A DNA stretch of 42,762 bases, from assembly GCA_038496445.1 (NCBI GenBank), contig JALMLS010000457.1:1-42762 (forward strand), read 5' to 3'. This DNA is from Trichosphaerium sp. ATCC 40318 (lineage: Eukaryota > Protista > Tubulinea). The notes under the pieces were generated by a model, which saw nothing but the letters and a program-made list of their open reading frames with translations, was not told the DNA's origin and searched no databases. Position numbers and translations under genes: made by a program. Within the stretch, counting starts at the first letter, position 1, and the number at the start of each line of letters is the position of its first letter. Shown here piece after piece: positions 1 to 10,100 of this stretch.

Positions 1-243
1 ATTGATGACTTTCAAAGTGGTGCTATTGATCATTTCTTCATGGCAGCCCCTATCAAAGACCCTTCGAAATCTCTCACTGGCCTTGAAGTCAAGAATTTCA
101 GCAACGATGGATGGAGATTTACCAGATTCTATGTTTTCAACAGTTTTCACTTTTGCTTCAATGGTGACGCTTTAATTGACGGTGACGGCGCCAATGATAG
201 TGTAATTCTCCCGAACAATGGAGATTGTAGCTGTACTGCTTGA
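1..243 (+). CDS. 3' end of secreted PAN/apple + PLAT-like protein, copy 1 (5' part outside window)
   Basis: Near-identical to the 3' end of ORFs 30458-31213 and 38692-39447 (..DDFQSGAIDHFFMAAP..NGDCSCTA*), including 3' flank. Confidence 0.85.
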   Translation: MDDFQSGAIDHFFMAAPIKDPSKSLTGLEVKNFSNDGWRFTRFYVFNSFHFCFNGDALIDGDGANDSVILPNNGDCSCTA

Positions 244-300
244 ACAGAAATAAACGAATTTATTTCCCCTTAGTTAATTTGCCTTTATGTTTCTTTACTT

Positions 301-784
301 TTAAATACATAATAATATACAGGCAATTGTACGATAAACATAAGTAATATCAAACCATTGGTCGAATATACCTAAATATTGACAACCATCATCTACATTA
401 CCCCAGCTGAACAAAACCCAGTTCGATACATTAACTGTCTTGATTGATGATTCGCCAAAAAAACTGGATATATCGTAGTCATTTGTCTCTGTGACACGAG
501 ATATTAGAATTTCCTCGCTAGGATTAGATATCCACATGATTACAGCAGCGACAACTGCAAAAAGAACAAACATAATGCAACCTAAAGACATTACAATAAG
601 CATTCGAACTAGCCTAGTAAGAAAAAACACAAAAATCTTCAAAACCATTGTGTTTTGATCAAAAAAAACACACGTACAGACAAGTGTCATGACAAATTTC
701 ATCCAGCGGATTTGAGATTCCTCAAAGTGCTCAATTGTTACCTGTAAGTACCTATCAAGACTCTGTTTTAAACGCTCTTCAGAC
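301..784 (-). CDS. Transmembrane segment plus short C-terminal domain; possibly the frameshifted C-terminus of the filamin-like gene
   Basis: ORF 301-702 has hydrophobic run MLIVMSLGCIMFVLFAVVAAVIMWI then SNP..NWVLFS..YLGIFDQW. The same frame stays open upstream (RSEERFKQSLDRYLQVTIEHFEESQIRW) to about 785, overlapping the last filamin exon. Confidence 0.55.
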
Positions 785-3700
785 CTTCAAGGGCAGCTTC
801 AGGAGATAATTCTCTAGTTTCTTTTCTGCCCTGGCGTGCCAAAGAGAGTGTTTCTGTGATTATAGGTTCTTCTTCATAGTCACTTGAACTCAAACTTTCA
901 AATGCTTCCTTTAGTTCGTCATCAAGCACTTTGGTGATATCTTTACACTCTGTGCCTTCAACAACTGTGTCTAGTGCTGTGAACTCGGGAACAGGAACTA
1001 AAAAAAATTTTGAACATAGAGTATTAGTTTATACAACTGTAGATGTTTACCTTTCTTTGCAACAACAAGAATCTCTTGAGATAGTACGTCAGCATCATTG
1101 TATTTTGCAGATACTGTAAGAAGTCCAACAGATTCAGGAGTGAATGAGATTGATACTTCATTTGGATGATCATCGACAAACTCAACTGTGACAGGTGTAT
1201 AATCAGAAACAGTGACACTCAAACTGTCTTTGTCAATATCCATTAGATCGCCAGATTCTTCGTCTGTCAGTTGCAGTGTCAGTTTTGACTCACAACCAGC
1301 GATGATCTTGCCAGGTGGTTCATCAATTGTAATGGTTGGCACTAAACAGTAAATTAACGAAGTCATGTGCAAATATTTTTGTACCTTGTACTGGCTTGGC
1401 TTCAAAGTATTTTGATAATATCTCCTCACCATCATAAGTAACTGTTAGCTTGTTACCGCCCTGTTCATGTATCGTAAAAGTGACAGGAACATCTCCAAGC
1501 TTTTCAGAGTTGCCAACTTCAACTGTTCCTGAATCAACATTCACAGCGAGTTTACCTTTCTCGACCTCTAATGGTGACCCAGATACCGTATCAATAACTT
1601 TAACAACAGATTCAATAGGTTTATCTACATATATTTCTTTAGGCAACTTGCATTCAGTACCAGGAACTAATAGTGAAGGAAGTGAGTCAACGAGAGAAGA
1701 TAAAACCGTCCAAAATAACGAAAAAAGTACCTTTCTTTGCTTCGATGTGTATGTCCTTTGACCCAATTTCATTATCTTGATAGCTTACATAAAGCTTCTT
1801 GTCGCCAGGCTTATTCAGTGGAACACTGACAATATACTCTCCTGGGTTATCTGAAGGCTCACAAGCTAGATATTCATCATCAAGTTGAACTTTGACATCA
1901 GTCGCAGGAATATCTGAAAGTGGCTTATCTGTTAATGCATCCTTGATAGCAATGCCTACAATATCATCTCTCCCTTCTACTAGTTCATCTGCGAGTACGA
2001 TACTAGCCATAGGTACTAAAGAAAATGAATAAAAAAAATCAAACAAGAAGTGGTTCTTACTTTTTTTGGCAACAACTTTGAGTTCTTTGCTGATAATATC
2101 TTCGCCGTTGTACTTTGCAGTAATAGTTGTATCGCCAACTTTATCAGGCTTGAAAGATATCTCTACTTTACTTGGCTCGCCTTCAACTGAGTCAACGGTA
2201 ACATCATTACCATCAGCTATTTCAAAGCTCAAGTTTTCTTTCTCAATCTCGATCACTGCACCAGATTCCTTGTCTTTAACTTGCATCGTAATTTTAACAT
2301 CTTCTCCTTGAGTCACTTGTTCTGGACAATGTTCAAAAGCTCCAACAGGGACTAAAGGAGAAACTTGTTAACAACAAGATAAGTGAGCATTTTTGAGGTA
2401 CCTTGTTTCTTCTTTGATGCGATGTCTGTTGATAGAATTTCTTCTCCATCATAAGTAGCCTTGAGGTTGTTGATACCTGCTTCATCGATTCTCACTACAA
2501 TAGGTACTTCTCCAAGTGTGTCTGAGTTACCAACTTCAATATTTCCATTATCAACAGCGACAACGAGTTTATCTTTGTCCACTTCCATTGGAGTGTTGTC
2601 AACTGAGTCCACAACCTTCAATGTAGCTTCAAAAGTTTCACCGGCCAGAATGTCCTCAGGTATGCCTTCACATGTTGCAGAAGGAACTTTCTTGTGTTTG
2701 AAGTCGATGTCTTTTGTGCCAATGACAGTTGCTTCATAGAGTACTGATAGTGTCTGGTTACCTTCTTCAGTATATTTCAAAGGTATTTTGAACTCTGAAG
2801 GGTTATCTGTCGGAGTACATTCAACATCTTCATCACCAAGCGTGGCTTTGATATCATCTAATTCTAATCCTACAAATGGTTCCTTCGATTCTTTGTCCAG
2901 TATTTTAACGATTGCTTCAGCATATGCGCCTTTAACGACTATATCTGGTGCTGTAAATTCGGCAACAGGAACTGAAATAATAGTTAAAATTTAGTGTTAT
3001 ACAACTGTAGATGTTTACCTTTCTTTGCAACAATAGGAATCTCTTGAGATAGTACATCAGCATCATTGTATTTTGCAGATATTGCAAGAGGTCCAACAGA
3101 TTTAGGAGTGAATGAGATTGATACTTCATTTGGATGATCATCAATAGACTCAACTGTGAATGGAACATCATCAGACAGAGATACACTCAAACATTCTTTA
3201 TCAATGTCCATTAGATCGCCAGATTCTTTGTCTGTCATTTTGAGTGTCAGTTGTGATTCAGAACCAGCGATGATCTCGTCAGGTGGTTCATCAATGGTCA
3301 TGGTTGGCACTAAACATATTAAGGTGACAGCAGTCCATGTGATTGTTACCTTGCTTTGGTTTTGCATGGAATTCGTTTGACATTATTTCTTCGCCGTCAT
3401 AAGTAACTGTGATTTTGTTATCTCCTGGTTCATCAACCTCAACAGTGACAAGAACTTGTCCAAGCGTTTTAAAGTCACTAACTTGAACAATTCCAGAATC
3501 GACACTTACAACGAGCTTATCTTTCTCCACTTCCATTGGAGACCCAGTAGCTTTATCGGTAACTTCCATACTTATACTCACAGGCTCTGAAACAATGACA
3601 TCTTTTGGAATTTCACACGTGGCGGAAGGCTCTGTTTACCGAGTCAACTTTGGAAAAAAACAAGAATCTCCGTACCTTTTTTTGGTTCAATAAATAAGTC

Positions 3701-6700
3701 AGCAGTACCGATGACTTTATCATTGTATGACACAGACAGCTTCTTATCACCTGGATCATTGTTCTTGAGAGCAACGTTAAATACACCAGGATTATCTGAA
3801 GGCTTGCAAATACAACTTTTATCTGCAACTGAGGCTTTAATATTGGCAGGGTCAATGTCGTCCATCACTTCTTGCGTTTTCGCATCTTTTACTGATATTG
3901 TAAGAAAAGCGTGTTCACCTTGCTTTAACACATCAGGAACCTTAATATCTGCAGTAGGGACTACACAAAGTAAGTCATCAACCCAAAAAAATTTCCTCCT
4001 AAATAGTTTTAACAGCGTACCTCTCTTTGGTTTAACTTCAATTCTGTCGTTCAATACTTCTTCTCCGTCGTATGTAGCAACAATAATCTTACTTCCATGA
4101 TCATCAAATGTTATTTTGGCTGCTACTCTACTAGAAGAGCCACCATCCTCAAAATCTACATTGTAATTGCCAACTTTCACCCTTAACTTGGCTTTGTCAA
4201 TTTCCATATCGTCTCTGGATACTTCATCAATAAGGCGAAATCCAAGAATTATCTCATAACTTTCTTCGATATGTTCAGGTTTATCATCAACCAAGAGTTT
4301 AGGTACTTGAAAATCATTGAGCAATTTCAACTTTTCGAAAAAAAAAAATACAAAAGATAGAGCGTTACCTTTTTTAGCATCCACTATGAACTCCTGCGAA
4401 GCGACTTCTTGGTCATTTAAATATACTTTGAGTTTAGTTTTACATGGATTATCAAAATATACAGAAATAGGCACTTTGCCTACTTCATCAGAGTCGCCAA
4501 TATCAAGTTTCCCGTTTTCAAGAGCAAAATCAAGGTTATCTTTATCAACCTCCATTGGAGCACCGGTAACAGAATCGTTAATGACAATTGTCACTTCATA
4601 TTCTCTTCCAATAACAAAGATATGGTCTGATATATCAAATCGTGCGATAGGTACTAGTCAAACTTATCAGTAACAAAACAACAAAACCTAAGTTTTTACC
4701 TTTTTTGTGGTCTACATAAAACTCTTTTGTGCCTATCTCTTTACCATCATAAGCAATAGAAAGTTTTTTATCACCTGGTTCATTAAAATTAATATATAAA
4801 TATAAAGAGAAATCGCCAGGATTATCAGAGGGTTGAACTTTAACATCTTTTCCATCCAAAGTAACTTTTACTTTGGAAATATCAAAGTCTTCGATATCCT
4901 CATTAGATTCTTTGTCTTTCACTGTAAACTTCAACTCCAAATCATCACCTTGCGTGAGAGTATCAGGTAGAGTAACTTCCGTAGTAGGAACTACAATAAA
5001 GATCAATAAACCTGAGTGCAACAAAACGGAGAAAATACAAATTTCTTAGCAGCTTTGTACCTTGTTTCTTCACTACAGCGATATCTTCATTTATTATTTC
5101 ATTGTCATCATATTCAATAACCAATTTTGTATTGCCAGGTTTTGTTGGTATGAAAGTGAGTACAACTTTACCTGGTTCTTTTGAAGGCTCAATTTGAACG
5201 TTTTCAGCAGGGATGTTTACATTTAGTTTATCAGTATCAATGTCAAGAGGTTCTCCAGAGTCTTTGTCTTTTACTTGTACAACCACACGAACTATTTCTC
5301 CAGCTACAAGCTTATCTGGTTTCTCTGCAACATTACCAACAGGTTCTAATAGAAATGAGAACAGAAGAGAAATCGATTAAAAAGTTTGCTCACCTTTTTT
5401 GGCTTCAACATCTATCTCAGATGTGCCGATTACTTTATCATCGTAAAACACCTCTAATGGAATCACTCCTGATTTAGCCAAATTCAGAGGTATTTTAAAC
5501 TCTCCTGGGACATCAGAAGGTTCGAATGGGGTATCTTTACCATCAAGAGTAACGCTAATCTTAGACTGATCAACCATAAGCTCAGCTGTATTTGCGTCTT
5601 TGACATTAAATGTTACTGAAACATCTTGACCTTCAGTCAAGGAATCTGGAATATCAATAGACGCTGTAGGCTCTAAGATACGAAAAACGTTGAGAACAAT
5701 ACGAAATGTACTTTCACGTGATATTTGTTTGTTACCTTGTTCAGGTTGAACCTCAGCATTTTTGAAGTAAGCCAAGTATGTAGCCATAGTCAAATCATTA
5801 GGATAATCTACAATATCTTCTGGATGTAGTATACTTGGTATGCCAAACTTGTTCTTAGCAATTTTCATGGCACTACAGTAGGTGAGAACCAGATAGAATA
5901 AATTGAACTAATGTGAAATAGACGAAGTGACACTTTATGAAAATCAAGTTACCGAGCAATGTCTTTGTACACATCTCCCTGTATTGTAATCAGTATATAA
6001 AGCATTTAAACGTTCCGTTACCGACATCCCAGATAGCGAGCATGAGCCTTTTTGTAAGCTATCTACTAACGCTGTAAGAGCTTTGCCATCACTCCATCTA
6101 GAATAATAAGAAACAATTTTGAACGAATTAAGTTTACCCTTTTTTGAAGTTAGTCACTTCCACAGGGTAGTCTAAACATTATTAGCACATGATACGCATC
6201 TAATTATTTATTATTAACCCTTGATCTGTTCTTTGATCCATCTGTAATTTTGTTAGAAGCAGACATAATTAATGGTTTTGTTTATTTCTTTGGGAATACG
6301 TACCCAAGCAATGCGTCTTTGACTTCTTTCGCTTTTTTTCCTTTACCTCCCTACGTCAATGAATTACAATATTTCGCTTTCTATCAATTTAATTTTGACG
6401 CACTTTTGACAGGTGATAACGAAGTATAAGAGTCCTGTAGATGTTATAAATTAGACATTGAAAAAAAAAACCATAACCCTCACCAGATTAACCCAAGAAC
6501 AAGATTTTCCTTGCCATCATGAATATCCTTTCCTCCAATATTCGCAGTACGGATACCTTGATCCTCAATGAACTTGAGTGCCTATTTTACGCATCAGATA
6601 AATAACTACAGCACTAAAAACTGTTTTTGTTACAATGGTCAGAAAAAAATGTCACGTGATACAAAAAACAGATTGTACAACCACTAAAAGCGCCAAGACA

Positions 6701-6823
6701 ATAAAAAACAAGGGTAGCAAAGGGAGACATTAAAAAAAAACAATTTTGCGTACCAAGTTTGTATTCTCGACCATCTGAAACATCGTACGTGGCTTCTTAC
6801 AATACTTTGGAAGAGGCTTATCT

Positions 6824-6968
6824 TGTTATGAACGTGTTTCATGTAAATACTATTCAACAAATAGTATTTCAGAGAAACGCATCCCACAATAAATAAAATA
6901 TATATGTACCTTTTGTAACTCCTGTAAATCTAAATAAATACGCTTTGACTTTATTCTGCAGCATAACA
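6824..6968 (+). repeat. 5' LTR of Gypsy element 1 (145 bp)
   Basis: TGTTATG...CATAACA terminal inverted repeat; identical by eye to 13568-13712. Confidence 0.97.
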
Positions 6969-6970
6969 TT

Positions 6971-6985
6971 TGGCGACACGGCCAG
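6971..6985 (+). promoter_or_regulatory. Primer binding site TGGCGACACGGCCAG (probably tRNA-Ser type)
   Basis: TGG 2 nt after the LTR. Complement ends ..CCGUGUC-G-CCA, a G discriminator as in tRNA-Ser (identity is inference). Confidence 0.75.
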
Positions 6986-7061
6986 AATTTTTACCTGCAA
7001 ACTAATTGTCAATTTAAGTACGTCCTTGTATTGTTAAGTCCGGATTTTTGTAGTGTCCGTG

Positions 7062-7160
7062 GAGAGATTAGAGAGAGTGAGAGAGAGAGTAAGAGTGAGA
7101 GAGTAAGAGAGAGAGTAAGAGAGAAAGAGTAAAAGAGAGAAGATAGTAAGAGAAAGAAAT
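7062..7160 (+). repeat. GA-rich purine tract in the leader of Gypsy element 1
   Basis: gagaga/gagtaaga low-complexity run immediately before the gag ATG. Confidence 0.85.
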
Positions 7161-7169
7161 TGAGTTAAG

Positions 7170-10100
7170 ATGTTAGAAGAATTAAACAATATTGATGACG
7201 CAATTGAAGCGTATACACCGGCATTTAAAGCCAGAGTTCAAGCAGTTGAGAATGGGAACCCTGCAGTGGATGCAGCGAATAACCCCATTTTTGTACCACC
7301 TAAGTACCCGACCGTACCAAAGGGAGCTATCAAACCCTTTTCAGGTGACTTTGTTGTGGACAAAATTAGTATTGATGATTGGTTGGATAAACTGAAGTCA
7401 ATCTCTGAGTTTTCTGACTGGGAAGAAAGACAATATGAAATTGTCCTTCGAAACTTTATAATAGGCCAGGCACTAGAAACAGTGAAACCCGCTGACGGTT
7501 CTGGAATATCTACCGTCTCACACGCAATCATCATCAAAGCCTTACTTGAGCGTTACGGTCGAAAGGCGAATGCCGTACTCAAGAAGCATGAGTTCAACAT
7601 TCTTAAGATGGAACTGGGAGAAGATGTTAGTATCTTCATGGGCCGTTTTAACAATGCTGCAAGAGAAGCACGCATGACAGATCCAGTTGCTTTAAGAGAT
7701 GCATTTTGCATTAAGCTAGTTCCAGCAGAACTGGCTCAATATGTGTTGTTACAAAGACCACCCACTGTTCAAAAAGCCTCCGAAATCGCCATGTTTCACA
7801 TCAGTGTCATGAAAGCCATGGTTAAGCCGGCACCAGTTCCAGCACCTATACCAATCACAGACCCGGCACCCATCCAAGTTGTACAACGCAACAACCAAAG
7901 GCCAATCCAATGTTATAGTTGTGGACAACCAGGACACATAGCACGCAGATGTCCGAATAGAGGATATAATCGAAACCACCCAAACGGGTATCAAAGGTAC
8001 CGTCCAAACCAAAGGAGAGGACAGTTTGACAACTATCGTGCACGACCAAATAACTTCCGACGAAATCAACGATTCCAAGGTCAAAGTTTCAACCGAAACA
8101 ATAGACGACAAGGTCAATATATCCGTATGATTACAAATGATGGAGAAGATCAATATTATGATGATGAGGTTTATGATGATGAAAGGGGTTATGATGACTA
8201 TGATGATGAGGGATATGACTACCAAGTGAACATGATCAAGTCTGCTAATAATGCCGACAAAGCAGCAGTACTAACAACTATGACAACTTTCAGAAATGAA
8301 AATGTTACTTTGACGAAAGAAACAATTGTTGACTCAGGAGCTGTCAGAAGTATCTTTCCATTCAAAATGCTCAAATCAATGAAGGTCACAGAGCTAGAAC
8401 CTACAAAAGCTACACTCCGAGGAGCGAGTCATGAACCACTAAAAGTAATGGGAACTGTAACGTTTCAAATTAAAATAGGACGTTCAAAGCATTGTTGGAT
8501 TCGATTCATTGTTGTCGAAGACTTTGACCAACCCCTCATTGGCATGGATACAATCTTAGCAATGAAAATAACCATTGATGCACCAAATTATCGACTGATA
8601 TTTAACAATGATCCAGCTACATCAACTAAGTGTATACAATCCTTACCGAAAGGCACAAACGTAGCACTGGTAGTTACACATAGTGTGGTACTGGAACCAC
8701 GATCATACACCTTTGTCCCTGTTCGTGTTAGACAGCCTCAAGCATCTGGAGTCATGTTAATTGAAGCTGGTGAACGCTTCAAAGATATGTCTGGAACAGC
8801 AGTAGAACGTGCTGTTGTAATGGTTCAAGGCGGCAAAACAGGCATTAGAGTTGCCAACTTTTCCAATGAACCAACTGGCGTTATAAAGGGACTCATTCTA
8901 GCAAAAGGAAATTGGATGGACAATGACAGGATTAACGCCATTCGATCCACCGAACTAAGAGAAGCCCAATCCATCTTAAAAGATTTGAAGGATGCTAAAA
9001 CATTCAGCAGTGATATGGCAACCATCCAAGATATGTTTGATTTATCAAACAGTAGTCTTAATGATGAGCAAAAACTACTTTTAACATCATTTCTGGCAAA
9101 GTACAAACATTTATTCATCAAGAACACGAAGCGTCCCCCCAAATCCAAAATGCCTGCTCATAACATTGAAACTGGCAGTGCCAGACCTATCAAAAGCCAA
9201 CCATACCGCGTGTCACCATCAGAAGCAGATTATCTGTGGAAACGAATCAACACAATGTTGGAAGATGGTATAATCAGAGAAAGCAACTCACCGTGGTCAT
9301 TCCCAGTGGTTATTGCACCAAAAAGTGATGGCACCTTACGATTCTGTGTTGATTATAGAAAACTCAATGGAGTCACCAAAAAGGACTCATACCCTATCCC
9401 ACGAGTGGAGGAAGCCTTAGATTCTGTAGCAGGAGCTATCTACTTTACAACATTGGACCAACCAAGCGGTTACTGGCACATTGAGGTTGCTGAACAAGAC
9501 AAACAGAAAACAGCCTTTACCACAAAATTTGGACTGTTTGAGTTTAATAGAATGCCATTTGGACTTGTCAACGCTCCAGCAACCTTTCAAAGATACATGG
9601 AGGTCCTATTGAATGGTTTAACATGGAAGTATGCATTGGTCTACATTGATGATATTATTATCTTTACAAAGACCTTTGAACAACATCTACTAGCTTTAGC
9701 GTTAATATTCAAACGATTTGACAAGTACAGCCACTCGCTAAATGCTAAAAAGTGCAGTTTCTGTGTTCCAGAGGTCAAATACCTAGGACATGTGGTCACG
9801 CGGAATGGAGTAAAACCAGATAAGAACAAAATTGCAGCAATAATCGACATGACAAAACCTACAAATGTCAAAGATCTACGATCATTCCTAGGGATAGTGA
9901 ACTATTACCGATCGTTCATCCCGGCATACACTGAAATGGTTCATGAATTATATGAACTACTTAAAAACGATGTGCCATTTAACTGGACTGCAAAACATGA
10001 TAAAAGTGTCTCTCAAATAAAACAGGCTCTTACAAATACACCAATTCTTGGATATCCCAATTTTAATGAGCCCTTCATATTATATACAGATGCATCAAAC

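Noticed and set aside
931-5477. Plus-strand ORFs opposite the filamin repeats (and similar antisense ORFs across both gag-pol genes)
   Set aside because: Ser/Thr/Leu-rich shadows of the coding strand
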